A DNA stretch of 64,000 nucleotides from Eledone cirrhosa. Lineage: Eukaryota. Made by a program: the position numbers and the translations under genes. Positions 43,721 to 57,490 of the stretch are shown piece by piece; position 1 is the stretch's first letter; the number at the start of each line of letters is the position of its first letter. The notes beneath the pieces are model-generated. The model ran no database searches and was not told where the DNA came from. It saw only the letters and a list, made by a program, of their open reading frames with translations. The DNA lies in assembly GCA_964016885.1 (NCBI GenBank), contig OZ024742.1, positions 280,674,001 to 280,738,000 on the forward strand. The letters run 5' to 3'.

Positions 43721-44311
43721 GATACGAAATTTTTAAATATTCTAATAACAAAAGAAACAGAGTATTAGAATTTGACTTACATTTCAAACTTACTGACACC
43801 TGACAATACATTCTTTTTGTATCTTCTCATATATACATATATGTATATATATATATCCATGCATGTATGTATATATGTTTATGCAAATCAAATTATCCAC
43901 CAGGTGTTTTATGACATACAAGTATATAAGTTATAACTTATTCTAAACGTGGTGGCGGCGAGTGACTGCATTTCACTGACTAAAAAATCACATATCCTGA
44001 TGTGATTGCTGTGGCACAATCACAGCTTACAAACATTCATAGTGAGAGGAGGGTGTGTTTATTATGCACGAATATATCGCATTTGTCTTCATGTTAGGGA
44101 CTTTCTTACAAAAAAGGTAGGAAAGTTCTGCAGACACAATTCAACCAATTTGAGAACAGGGGAACGTCTATTAAATCATACCCCAGTGTGATGGAAGACA
44201 AAGCTGAACTTGTTGGTATTTGAACTTACAATGTAAAATGTCATATCTCGATGCCAAAATCATGTTTTCCGACATTCTGCTGATACTACCAATCAATCAA
44301 TATCAAATAAT

Positions 44312-44530
44312 GGCTTCTTATATAGACACAAGGCCAGCAATTTTGGGGATGGGGAAAGTAAATTAAATCGACCCCAGTGCGTGACTGGTACTTTATTTTA
44401 TCGACACCGTAAGGGCGAAAGGCAAAGTTTACCTCAGTGGGATTTGAACTCAGACCGTAAAGGGTCGTAACTTTGTGCTGCAAAGCATGGCGTCTGACCC
44501 TCTACCAGTACTGCCAATCCACCATCCTAC
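44312..44530 (-). mobile_element. tRNA-derived SINE, same family as 11677
   Basis: Same core; TSD caatatSaaataat at 44298-44311 and 44531-44544. Confidence 0.9.
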
Positions 44531-45208
44531 CAATATGAAATAATAATACAATCTAACCTTAACGTACGAAACCGTATTTGCAGATGTTGAGTGAAGAGGA
44601 GAATAGTTGCTTGTATTCGTTTGTCATTTATATAATTTTTACCTGTACACATTTGCTATTATTTACTATACTGGTAACTGCTACTCACCCATTTGTCGAC
44701 ATGTTTTAATTATGAGTAATTTGTGCGACAACTGCCTTTTTTTTCATTTAGTTATCGCTCTCCCTCTCTTTCAGAGATGGGTTGAGGTGCATGTATATAT
44801 GAACGCGTGTGTAAAGTACTGAATATTATCCAGACATATGTCGCCATATATATTTTATCCAGCCTGATTCATCTGAGAGTATTGAATTAAAATACGACGC
44901 TGCTTCAGTCAGCAAATTTAAACAAATCCTCAACGTATTAGTTCTCTTATTATGCTACAACCACTGCGAAATCAATTAACTACTTAACCCCTTAGATTTC
45001 CCGAAGTATTATATGTAGCTATCTGTTTGCTTTTCCGGGTATTTGAGTTTGTATGACATTATGCATTTGTGTGTAATCACACACAGTGCATTTATATGAG
45101 CGGTTCCAATTGACTCTACACACATACTCTCACACACACATAAACACAAATATATATACGGATATACAATATATTAATAAATGGAAACTACATTTATAAA
45201 ACCATAAT

Positions 45209-45273
45209 TATTTTATTATATGTATTTCAAGGGCAACCAAGGCTAACTTGGTGCGCTTTCATCATATAAAATA
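45209..45273 (-). ncRNA. Hammerhead, antisense arm copy with C3A mutation
   Basis: Minus strand: tattttat ATGATGA aagcgcaccaag...cttggttgccctt GAAAT acat ATA ataaaata. Confidence 0.55.
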
Positions 45274-45570
45274 CAAAATTTGTTTCATAAATAGTGACAT
45301 AACCGTGAAAAACAACCTTGACGGTTGGAAATTCGCTGGATAGTGAAACATTTTATTAAGGGTTATTCAAAGTTCTGTGTGAATATGCAAATGAATGTCC
45401 GAAAAATTGAAAAAACAAAAAACGGTTGATTTTACAATTTTTCGGACATTCATTTGCATATTCACACAGAAATTTGAATTACCCTCAATAAAATGTTTCA
45501 CTATCCAGCGAATTTCCAACCGTCAAGGTTGTTTTCCACGGTTATGTCACTATTTATGAAACAGATTTTG

Positions 45571-45635
45571 TATTTTATCTGATGAGAGCGCACCAATTTT
45601 GCCTTGGTTGCCCTTGAAATATGTATAATAAAATA
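45571..45635 (+). ncRNA. Type I hammerhead ribozyme
   Basis: tattttat CTGATGA gagcgcaccaa ttttgcc ttggttgccctt GAAAT atgt ATA ataaaata; 8 bp stem I. Confidence 0.8.
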
Positions 45636-45894
45636 ATTATTGTTTTATAAATATAGTTTCCATTTATTAATATATTGAATATTTACACCACTACTTTGTT
45701 GAGTGCTCTGTATCAGTTATAAACTTTTAAGTTTGTTGGAATCCCAATAAATTAAATATAACTTCTGCATATACGTATACATATATATATATCCTTAATA
45801 GGATATTTCCAAAAGCGAACGAAACCCTAGGGTATAAACGTAATCGTGGTATGTGTAGATGCACTTTTTCTTCTAACTTTAATTTTATACCTAA

Positions 45895-46554
45895 CTAGCA
45901 GTAAAGCCCGGCGTTGCTCGGGGTCGCTCAGTAGCTGTGTTAAAGTTACAATGTTAAGTTTCTTTTTTGACTTAAAGTCTGTCTGCACGACTGTCTGTCT
46001 GCACGCCTAACGAAATTTACAGATACATATATTTTAAATAAACTTATATAATTTTTGCTTTTTTTTACGAAATATTTGCTTGTTTTACGTAGTCTTTAAA
46101 TAGACTTGTTTTCAAGTAAAAATATTGTTTTAAAAGGCTTTTAAATGGAAATGAAGCAAAACGGAAGCTTAGTGTTCGAACTGATGAATTTTGCAGGTCA
46201 AAATGTTGCTGGCTCGACAACTGTTCGTGTATTGTGTTAATGTCATTTTAAACGCTGAGAAAGCCAGCGTAACTTTTTTAATTTTTGCACGCAGAAAATG
46301 TAAACAGAACGTAAGACGCACAATGTAAACAGAACAAAGGGAAATAACTCGTCACTTACGCTCAAAAATCGATACATTAGATTCGATTTCGTCACATAGG
46401 TTGGGTCAATTTGAAATATTGTTTTTCCGATGTCTTCGCTAGGGCTCAATGTACAAGTATGGCAATTTCGGTGCAATTCCGTCAGAGATTCTAAGAGGAG
46501 ATGTGTGCCAAAAATCGATAGACAGACAGACAACCACAGCTTTATATATATAGA
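45895..46554 (-). mobile_element. Complete non-autonomous Helitron inserted into an HHR-family element
   Basis: Minus strand: a|TCtatatatataaag...cccgagcaacgccggg ctttactgCTAG|t, with no TSD. The empty site cctaattgtgtatgg is seen at ~19104 and ~20765. Confidence 0.85.
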
Positions 46555-46790
46555 TAGTGTATGGTTGATGGTATATTTAATCGATTTCCACGTGCTGTTG
46601 AAATGTTGGGTAAATATTCTATGGCGGCCGGTCGCGAAGAGATTGCTGTCGTTTATTTATCTACTATTTCTTCATAGGTGCCTTTTTAATCTTATAGCCT
46701 GGTCTAATTGATTTTTTTGTGGTTAATTGTGCTAATTGGGAAAGGAAATGGTGTATATATATTATCAAATGATTCTATGAACATACTTTA

Positions 46791-46896
<106 letters not shown>

Positions 46897-47179
46897 ACAT
46901 GTGTGTGTGTATATGTGTGCAGGTGTGTGCGTTTATGTATACTTGCACAAGAATAATAATAAGAAGAAGAAGGTAACAACAACTACAACAACAACAACTA
47001 CAACAGCAACAACAGCAACCGCAAGAGAAATATTACGGCTGCATATTATCGCTAAATTTACAGATATGATAGCTAAACTCTTATCAAATTGCATTCTACA
47101 GTCATGTATCGCTTAGAGCTTTCGTTTTATGCCCGATTACCGATGGTTGCACATGTTGTGCTGAGCCCGGGGCTAATAA

Positions 47180-47366
47180 CATTTCTTCAGTGTTAAGTTT
47201 GTCTGAGGTATAACATCCAAATGCTATCGCGGCACATTTTTAACTGAGTGAAATGGGAAAATATGAAATGAAATATCGTGCTTAAATACAAACTGTTACC
47301 CGATATGGCAATCGAACCCATGTCCTTATGATCGTGATCCCCATATCCTATTCACTAAGCCATGCA
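47180..47366 (-). mobile_element. Degenerate tRNA-head SINE
   Basis: Minus strand: catggcttagtgaataggat...gggttcgattgcc (A/B-box-like). Confidence 0.55.
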
Positions 47367-48252
47367 ATTTCACTTGTTTTTAATAGCTTTCTCACATTTC
47401 TGAAACAATATGATCTAAAACTTGTCTATATATCCATGTGCTTTATGTATTTTTTTTATCAGCTTCATCTCACCTTGAGTGTTTATGTAAGTGGTTCTGT
47501 TCTAATTATTTTCCTGACTTCCATATTTGTTTTTTTAATATCTAACTTTATATTTAATGTTTTAATTATTTCCTTGCGTCTTCAAATAAATTTGGGACAG
47601 TTGGTTAATCCGGTACTAATTGCAATGTCGCTACTTAATCCACGCACATCTTTTAGTTTCATATCCCCCCGGCTTATTGTTTAGAGTTTCATGTATATAG
47701 TTTTAAACTATCTACATATCGGATACTGTGTACAGTTATTTTATTATTATTATTTATATTTTCCATATTAATTTTAACCATTGCATGTTTAATGCAGAGG
47801 CAGGGTTAGACAGAATATAAGTCGAGGAGAGCACTATTCTCCCTTAGGAATATGTCTTGTAATGAAGAACAGATTCGGATTAATTTATTGCTGTACCTCT
47901 AGATTCATGTGTTCCGATTAAATACTTCAATAATATATTCCAGGAGGCGTCCAATATGCAGCCATATTGATTGTGTCAGTAAACTCCTCGGCAATTTACT
48001 CTGGGTTAAGCATATTTTTTTCTGTTATTGTGTATTCCAACATCATAACTACCTCCATCGACAAGGAATCTTTATTGTTTTGTATATCTTGGTGCCATGT
48101 GCAGAGCAATCCTGTTGTAATTGAATTTCTATTTACGAGGCCTTGAAATGCATCGGGATACGCCATATTTCTTTTCGTTTTCGTTATTTTGGTTACATGA
48201 TAGAACCAGCAAGACAGATGAATATCTATTTATCTATTTTTTACCTTCTCTT

Positions 48253-48382
<130 letters not shown>

Positions 48383-48576
48383 CGTATATATATAAATTGT
48401 GGTGTGTAATTTGTTTGTAGTTCCTGTGGTCGTTCAAGGCAAGGTAAGAGAACGAAGGGGAGAATTAAATAAGACGCATCAAACGAGGTAGAACATGTTT
48501 AAAAAAGATATGTTTTGTGTTTAATTGTTCGTTTTGGTGAAAGTAGCGGTGAAGAAATATGAGTGCGTAGGAGTTT

Positions 48577-49725
48577 TCTTCTTCTTCTTCTTCATCTTCT
48601 TCTTCTTCTTCTTCTTCTTCTTCTTCTTCTTCTTCTTCTTCTTCTTCTTCTTCTTCTTCTTCTTCTTCGCCACGTTGAGATGGTTGTGGAGGATGGTCCC
48701 CCAAATACTCCTTCCAGTGGGTTCTGTCAGAAGGAACCATTTCAAACTGACCTGGCTGGATCCTCTAGAGATGTTATCCAACCATTTTGCTCGGGATCTA
48801 CCTCTGGGTCTCCTGTCGGTGGATTTTGTCTGTAAAGTATGTCCAACGATTCTTTCCTGAGATATTCTAATCACATAGTATCGGAGTTGTGATCTCTCCT
48901 CTCAAAAAAGTAGCGGTTCTATCTGGAGTGACTCTCTGAACTCCGAGCTACCCATTTTATCGAATAACAAACTCCAATGTCCCTTGCGAGGAACCTTAAT
49001 TCTCCCGCTGGTATTTGCTATCGCATTGTTTTGTTCATTACTCAAGATTAATGATCATAGTGAAAGGTTGCAGGACTACCGAACTGAACAAGGTGTGTTT
49101 GGCTTTTACACTTACCTCCCCTCTTCAGATTAATGAATACTGAAGCAGACACATACGGCACCACCTCCGACAATTCTTTCATTTAATTCAGCTTTCAGTC
49201 TTCTATCACTCGTCAACACCGCCCCACTGCTTTAGCGGAAGTCCATTCACATGGAGTGTGCATGGTGCAGGTTTCCTTCACAGGACGAATGTCTCCGTTT
49301 TCGCAGCACTGATTTTCATTCCAGCTATGCAGCACTCGCATCCAACCTATCAAATACAAGTCGTAGATCACCTTCTGTCGACTTAGGTAATACCATGCCG
49401 TCTGCAAATTCCAGCCGACTGATTTTGCCCCTGCCATTCGTGATACCACTTCCAAACCAACTGCAGATGTCAACCAGGTTGATGAAAATAGTGAACATGA
49501 GATGTGACAATACACACCACTGGCGGAGTCCGACTCCCACATTAAATGGTTTCGATTTAACACCCTTTGTCCGAACACAAATACGCGGGCATTCGTATAG
49601 TTATATATGGGCAGCAAGAAACTGACCAATGAGCCCATACTCCTGCAGAACCTTCCACAGTAGTTCCCGAGGGACGCAATCATATGCCTTTTAGAGGCCT
49701 ACAAAACAAGTTATTTGTTGGCGTT
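48577..49725 (-). mobile_element. Degenerate RTE-clade LINE 3' part with (GAA)n tail
   Basis: VGLRQWCVLSHLMFTIF...LEFADGMVL and RRPRGRSRAKWLDNI; ~30 x GAA at 48577-48668. Confidence 0.75.
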
Positions 49726-50076
49726 TCCTGAAATTAATGTACTCGGTTCTATCCTCACAGTTCCACTCATACACGACAAGGCCATTAGGCATATTGGTTT
49801 ATATTGCTTTTCTTAATTCCTTTCGAAATTATGTCTAAAAAAATTGTTTCCATTGTGTACTATAAAGGTAACAAAGTAGAAAACTATTCTTTTTGAAGTT
49901 AACACTTTTGTTGTTGTTTAATATACACGTAATATATAGGTGCAAAAACAATTTTCTTACGTATTGATTTTGTTGCCTAGTAAACTATACACATGACATG
50001 TGTATAAAATAAAAACACATTAAGTACTTTTTTCATATCTTTATCATTTTTCATATATATATTTCTATCTATCTAT

Positions 50077-51250
50077 CTAAGGCGGGTAAAATTCCCGAGA
50101 TCCATGGACGAGCTCTCTCCAGCGGTCTATGTCCCTCATTATCGCTGCCATATCCTGCATCTCCAACAGACCAGTGTCTGTCCTTAGGGCATCAACATAT
50201 GTTAACCTTGGTCTTCCTCTTCTAGTGTGTCCATGTAGGGGCTCCCAAAGGAGCACTGAGTGCAATGTCAACTCTGGATGTCGGTGAGCATGTCCAGCCA
50301 ACCTCAGTCTCCTCTGTGTCACTTTTGAGCTGACTTTTGGGATGCTCCCATACAGCTCTGAGTTTTTCATCCTCAGTGTATACTGATTAATGTTCAGAGC
50401 CATCCTCAGCATTCTCGTATAGCACCCATCCACCATGTGAGTGAGTCTCTTGGTCAGTGTCCAAGTCTCAGACCCATACAGCAGCACAAACTCCACTACA
50501 GCAATGAAGAGGCGGATTTTCAGGTCTCTACGAAGGTCCGACTTCCACACCGATCTCAAGCTGTGACCCGCCGCCCAGGCATTGCTCTTCCTCTCAACCA
50601 CATCATCTTCCGTATTCCCAATCTTTGCTCCCAAATACAGGAAGTCCTCAACCAATTCCAGCGGCTTCCCGCCTACATTAGTGATCCCCTCTGGCTTCTC
50701 AACATTCTCTACCAGATATTTTGTTTTAGTCTCATTCATTCTCAGCCCCACACTCATCGACACAGTCTCAACCTCCCGCATCAAATCATCTGCCTCCTTC
50801 ACTATATTTGTCACCAAAACTATGTCGTCGGCAAATTCAGCATCCGATACCTTTTTTCGCCCGAACTCTCCTCCTCTGAGCCGGTGCTACAGTAAAGCCA
50901 GAGTCCTGGTGTTTCTCCAGTGCAAGGCGCATATAATAGTCCACTACGATGATAAAAAGGTAGGGAGCCAATGTATCTCCCTGGAGCACTCCAGCCAGTA
51001 TCTCAAAGAACTCTGTCATCCCATCAGGTGTAATGACTTGGGCTTTGGTGTTGGTGTAGAGCAGTGATATCAGGTCCACTATCCTCTTGGGGATTCCATA
51101 AGCCTGTAAGATCTTCATCAGGCAGTAACGGTCCACAGAATCAAAGGCCTTCCTAAAGTCAATGAAAACCATGACCGCAGGAAGGCATTTTGCTCTAGCT
51201 TCCTCTAATATCCTCCTCAGCATCAGGATGTGACTGGTGGTTGATCTACC
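50077..51250 (-). mobile_element. 5'-truncated RTE-type LINE (RT C-terminal half)
   Basis: FIDFRKAFDSV, GVLQGDTLAPYLF, EFADDIV, FLYLG, LLYGSETW; the stop codon runs into a (TAGA)n tail. Confidence 0.92.
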
Positions 51251-51287
<37 letters not shown>

Positions 51288-52040
51288 CAGTGGCGGACTG
51301 GGACTAAATATATTGGTTGCCAGGAGAGGAAGGGGGCTCACCCACATATAGAATGCTAACAATTAATTTTTATAATTAATAAATAACATTTTCAAAAAAT
51401 ACGTTAAGTGGAAACAAAACAGTGCACTCAAATGTTTGCAGAAAAAAATATTACCTTCTCCAATAAAAAAATATTACGTATTTTGCGAAATCCAGAGATT
51501 TTCAATAATGTCTTTTGGTCTTTCACACTCACTCAATATACATACATACGTATATATATGTATATATATATATATATATATGATCAACCTGTTAGCTCTA
51601 TCGTTACTTTGGTATATTATTGTGTGTTAGATTTTGCCTCCCACAATGTTCAATTTGTCAAGCTGTTTAAACGTATGTCATTACTCTAAGGTCCTAACTT
51701 ATCGAGTGCTTTGCTAATTCATCATTTCATATAAGTAGGCTGAATTTGCTTGCAAACCGCCAGAGATTCGATTTTACTAAATTTCCAATTATATATATAT
51801 ATATATAGTTTTGCGACCTTTTTGATATGAAATCGTATGTCGAAACAAATATTGTTATACTTGGGAGGGTCATATTTGTGTAAAAATATTGCCAGAATTG
51901 ATAACAGAACACACTCACTGTATAACAGAAAACAGTGTATTTCAATAACCTTTCAGCTTGGCACAAGCTAATGCCATAACGCGAGTGTTCTGTTATCAAT
52001 TCTGGCAATATTATTACACAAATATGACTCTCCCCAAGTA

Positions 52041-52127
<87 letters not shown>

Positions 52128-52310
52128 ATATTTGGGGAGGGTCATATTTGCGTAATATTGCCAGAATTAATAACAGAACACACTCACTGTTTGGTTGGTT
52201 TTCGCTTCTCGCTGTCTTTTATATATATATATCTGCGATCTAACTTACTCGGTCCTCAATGTTGCCATTGACTGACCGGCGGTCAAAAATAATACAGATA
52301 CAATACAGAT

Positions 52311-52365
<55 letters not shown>

Positions 52366-52704
52366 GCTTGTGTATATGTGTCTATATATGTATGTTTCAA
52401 TACACTAAGCTTTAGATTTAATAGAATGTACAACGCATTCCAGCTATTTGCACTATCGTATATATTTTATTTCTATTATTTGCCTGTGGAGTTGGTTCAC
52501 CAAATGATTTGCTTAATTGTTTAATTTATTATTTTTTTAGTATATTCTTTCTCTTAGACTTCAGGTATGTTTTGAAAGCTAAGCATTGGCCCCTAAAATA
52601 CTACAGCGGGCCCTGCAATGCTAATATGGGCTCCTGCAATGCTACCGAGGGTCCCCTGGTGCGCACTTGCCAGGGGGAAACATGGGAACCTGGCCAGTCC
52701 GCCA

Positions 52705-52707
<3 letters not shown>
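51288..52707. mobile_element. Non-autonomous DNA transposon (hAT/Tip100-like TIR) with nested insertions
   Basis: 14 bp TIR CAGTGGCGGACTGG / CCAGTCCGCCACTG embedded in (TA)n; a second right end lies at ~54150-54325. Confidence 0.7.
51851..52048. repeat. Foldback of the ttatacttgggagggtcat family
   Basis: ~60 bp inverted arms; family also at 24830-24870, 26208-26250, 41140 and 52122-52315. Confidence 0.75.
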
Positions 52708-52778
<71 letters not shown>

Positions 52779-52947
52779 AATTAATATCTAGTAACATATA
52801 TATATACATACAGATGCATATCAATGCTAGCAAATATATAGGTTTTGTCTTAGTAACTTTGTGGTTCAATGCATGGGGTTGCAGAACAATAATATGAGAG
52901 ACGTAAAATAAGAAAATTATAAAATTAACTTACTTACTAAAATTTTA

Positions 52948-53027
52948 CTCCTAACTAATTAGTTTCTGAAATGGAATAAATATACTTTCCGAAGAAAATA
53001 TTGAGAAGCATTTCGTCGTCAGGGAAG
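52948..53027 (-). ncRNA. Type I hammerhead ribozyme
   Basis: Minus strand: cttcc CTGACGA c gaaatg...catttc a GAAAC taatta GTT aggag. Confidence 0.8.
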
Positions 53028-53770
53028 ACTATTCTCAGCTAAGTATGCAGGCAAAGCGTGGACTCTGGAAACTTATTCAAAAATAATTCAGTGGATAGAA
53101 AATAGCAAAGCGTGGACTGAATTCCTAGCCATTGAGAAAACCACTGCCTCTGCGTCGGTGGCAAATTCAAAAAGAATCAATCACGTGACATCGAGGTCAA
53201 TCAGTGGAAAGTGGTTTGTTAATAAGACAGCGGCCTGCCTGCTACCATAGCAGCAGTCTTGGCCTATATTGCTCGACAAATAATTTGGAGATAATTATAA
53301 AGAATTAATATCTAGTAACATATATATACATACAGATGCATATCAATGCTAGCAAATATATAGGTTTTGTCTAAGTAACTTTGTGGTTCAATGCATGGGG
53401 TTGCAGAACAATATTATGAGAGACGTAAAATAAGAAAATTATAAAATTAACTTACTTACTAAAATTTTGTATATATATGTTACTAGATATTAATTGTTTA
53501 TAATTATCTCCAAATTATTTGTCGAGTAATATTGGCCAAGACTGCTGCTATGGTAGCAGGCAGGCCGCTGTCTTATTAACAGACCACTTTCCACTTATTG
53601 ACCTCGATGTCACGTGATTGATACTTTTTGAATTTGCCACCGACGCAGAGGCAGTGATTTTCTCAATGGCTAGGAATTCAGTCCACGCTTTGCTATTTTC
53701 TATCTACTGAATTATTTTTGAATAAGTTTCCAGAGTCCACGCTTTGCCTGGATACTTAGCTGAGAATAGT

Positions 53771-53850
53771 CTTCCCTGACGACGAAATGCTTCTCAATAT
53801 TTTCTTCGGAAAGTATATTTATTCCATTTCAGAAACTAATTAGTTGGGAG
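53771..53850 (+). ncRNA. Type I hammerhead ribozyme
   Basis: cttcc CTGACGA c gaaatg...ttc ttcg gaa...catttc a GAAAC taatta GTT gggag. Confidence 0.85.
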
Positions 53851-53892
53851 TGAAATTTTAGTAAGTTAATTTTATAATTTTCTTATTTTACG

Positions 53893-53923
<31 letters not shown>

Positions 53924-54325
53924 AATATAAATTATCGAGATATATATACAAATATTATTTGTTTGTTAAAAAAATCAAATTAAATTAATTCTACAGGTAA
54001 GCGCACATAGGAATAATAAGGTTTTACCAAAGATCCAGAACATTGACAAGACAACCCTAAATATGACTCACAGCTCTAGGAAAGCCATGAACGTCACCAC
54101 CACATCTTTTTAAATTTGATTTTGAATGTAGGTTTATAATTATTAATTTTCATTATACTTTTAGCTCTATTTTAGCCTTCAGGTATATTTTGAAAGCAAA
54201 GCATTGGCCCCTAAATTGCTACAGTGGGCCATGCAATGCTATTGTTGGCATCTGCAATGCTTCCGTGGGCCTCCTGGGGCCTACTTGCCATTGGGCCACC
54301 TGGCAACTTGGCCAGTTCGCCACTG

Positions 54326-54412
<87 letters not shown>

Positions 54413-55628
54413 AGGTGACTAATGGTCAGATTGGTCAGCGCATACGCGATGTGAGTTCGCTATATAGTGATGCGTCATGGTCTTGCTAAAATGCCTTCCC
54501 TTTAGATCACTCTTTTGACAAAAATGATATATACCTGCAATTCAAAGACGCACCATTTTCACCACTTCTCACGCTCAATCGTCCTGAGCAATATGAAGAT
54601 TCAATGACCGTGAATTTCTCCGCTCAGCCACTAGCACCATTTGTGAGTGAGAAAGGTGTCCGATTTTTCGCACTCTTATGTATAGCCATAACAATATCTC
54701 CTGATGTTGTTTTTGTCGTAGTTGCTAGTCTACCTCAAACTTTTGTAAGACTTGACCAAACCAGCGTACGATAAAAACTTTCTCCCCATTAACACAACAA
54801 CGTTTCTTTTTCTTTCATACAATATAATTAAGAATATAACGTTCCATTTTTTGGACACAAGATTGTGGTATGAGAAAGATTTAGCTGACATTTATATGCT
54901 GTCGTTGCTATACACCCCAGGTCGGCTCTGTTCGTGCCAACATATGAAGAAATGCTTTCTAGCCGCTGCCATAAAGTTTTATTTTCTCAAAATATATTGA
55001 ATCGAGTAATAATATATTGTCATTCCATTTCGAACAGAGTAGGTTGTGAATTAAGGGATAAATATATGTTATGTATAACATGATGTTGTTTTTGTCTCAT
55101 GTAATTTTAGTCATCATTGACCTCTGACGGCAGTATCAAAAATATCCTTCCAGCCGTGAACTCCCTGTCATTTTATTTGAATTCAGAACTACATTAGCTA
55201 ATATGTGCGGTGAATTTTTTATGAGGGTAGCATGCGATTTGACTGCAATTTCTAGCAGGCCTAATAGTGAAACAGAGACTCTTCTGCTTTTGCTTGTACG
55301 GATTCAGAAATTTAGTGCGAATATGTGGAGTATGCGAAATCCTCAGTAATAAAATATTAACGGGAAATATGGTCTTTTAACAAGGAGTGCTACATTTATA
55401 GACATATATATACATCTGTATATGTATATAAGTTATATATATACTCGCAAACATACACGCAAATACACTCACATATGCACACACACACACACACACACAT
55501 ACACACACACACACATATATATATATATGTGTATGTGTGTATAAATATGATATTTACTATGTCAATATGTAAATAGACATTCATGGATCTTTAATATATG
55601 ACATGTATTTATGTCTATGCCTATGCAC

Positions 55629-55661
<33 letters not shown>

Positions 55662-57375
55662 CAATATATTAACAAATGGAAACTATACTTATAAAACCAT
55701 ATTTATTTTATTATACATATTTCAAGGGCCACCAAGGCAAATTATATACATATATATATAGATATATATATGTTTGTATTTATGCACATAGACACTTCCA
55801 AATATTTGTGTACATACATATGTATATATTTACGAACGTGTGCTTGTACAGCTCTGTCTAATTGTGTATATATGTTTGTATGTACCTCTGTATGCTTTAA
55901 CGTTGTGTATTACAATGGCGACTAACAGTAAAAACCTCTGACAGGCCCATCTGGAATTCTAGGAAATCCATTACATAAGCTAAACTATACCCTTGGGAAA
56001 AATACGCTTTTGGTTTGTATATGCCAGCATCGTCTTTAATGCCTTCAGAAGCCAGACTAGCATGTAACTAAATGGTTTAAGGTTACAATGAAAGTGATAT
56101 AAGGCCGCGATTTTATAATTAATCTACAGATTATGAAAGTCTGCTACTGCGGTATTTCCACTTCTGATATGTGTGTCTTGAGATGAATATAGCGTTGCAG
56201 CAGATGGATAATTTTGTAACTGTGCCCATGTAGTACCGAAGAAGTTAAATGCAAATTTGGAAACAGGCTTCAAATGTCTTATAATTTACTGCTTAGGCTG
56301 AACTAAATAGAAAACCGATAAAATATTCCTGTGTCCATACTAGATGAAGACAGGCATCCGCTACTTGATTCCAAGCAGATGTGAACAAATGTCTAGGGGT
56401 ATTTCTCTGTGCTGTTTGGAAAAGATCGCGACAATAAGTCTGATCCAAAAGTTGCCTTTAATGGTAAGTCTGATGGTGAACGGCAATGATGCCTATAAAC
56501 ATATATAGATTACATCGATCAAGTAAAAGTACTTCTAAAACTGTAGAATAAGTTGCTATTGGAAGGATCGTTAAGCATCGGCCAAATGGCCTCATGGTAT
56601 TTGTTCCGGCATTCAACTCTCTGTGCTTAGATTTCATTGATTTTGAATCTGCACTTCATCATTTTTTTTATTTGGTTTGATTTTTTCCCGAGTCTTCGGG
56701 TAGCATACATAGCTCGCTGCCACTATATTGGGTGCCTCTAGCGATTTTCCTTCTGTTGCTTCCATTGGGTCCAGATCACAGAATTGATGATAGCTTTCTC
56801 TGTATCTCTTATCAGTCACGGGGTTCCTGGAAAGGCTCAATCTCACTTCCAATCCCTCACTGTTTAAAGAGTAAAACTGACAATAGATTTTAAAACACAT
56901 GATCGTTTTAGCAGATATTCTTCTATTGCAAATATTCGAGCTTGGACTCCAGATTACGAGTATCTTCCTACCTTTTGTCCACCAGTTTATGGGACCCCCA
57001 AACGAATAAAGTAATTTGGCACTACCCTTCTTGGTTGAATAAAATATTAAAAAATGTCGCTTGAGATAGATCTAGAGCTTTATCTCACACACGCTTTAAG
57101 TCAAGAAGTTAAAATTCACTCTCCACAACCTAAACATTTCTTGTCATCTCCAGAAACAATACCTAATGCAAAAACAAAAATAAAAACCTTCTTGGCAAAT
57201 GACATACCAAACCATCCCAAAAGTTCCTTTATATTTCAAAGTGTATGCTTTTATCTAAAATAAAATCCATCATAATTTTATGTAAGAACTTTTAATATGT
57301 TATTTTACAAACATCAGCTTAATATACTAACACACACGCACACTCACGCACACATACATTTACATATACATAGAC

Positions 57376-57490
57376 GAGTTGCTGAGTGGTTAGAGAATTC
57401 GATTCGCAAACATAAGGTTGCAATTTCGATTCCTAGATCGGGCGAAGCGTTATGTCCTTCAGCAAGGCACTTTATTGCACGCTGCTCCTT
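57376..57490 (+). mobile_element. tRNA-head SINE fragment (CORE/Meta-like)
   Basis: gctgagtggttagag...ttcgattcc followed by tgtccttcagcaaggcacttta. Confidence 0.6.

Larger units (their letters stand above)
45166..45770. mobile_element. ~250 bp-arm foldback carrying two opposed HHRs
   Basis: Arms ~45166-45410 and ~45435-45680; a fragment of the same family lies at 55660-55742. Confidence 0.85.
52775..53900. mobile_element. Retrozyme-like element: ~524 bp unit, partial tandem copy and inverted copy; diverged subfamily of 36096
   Basis: aaagaattaatatctagtaaca occurs at 52775 and 53299; inverted copy at ~53469-53900. Confidence 0.85.

Noticed and set aside
48465-48860. Poly-E, poly-K, poly-F and poly-L ORFs
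   Set aside because: These derive from the (GAA)n tail of an RTE LINE.
55900-57030. Higher-complexity segment that might be an exon or transposase remnant
   Set aside because: No recognisable protein motif, long ORF or convincing splice structure by eye; BLASTx would be needed.
57376-57445. Possible tRNA gene
   Set aside because: A/B-box-like head without a cloverleaf, followed by SINE core sequence; called as a SINE instead.
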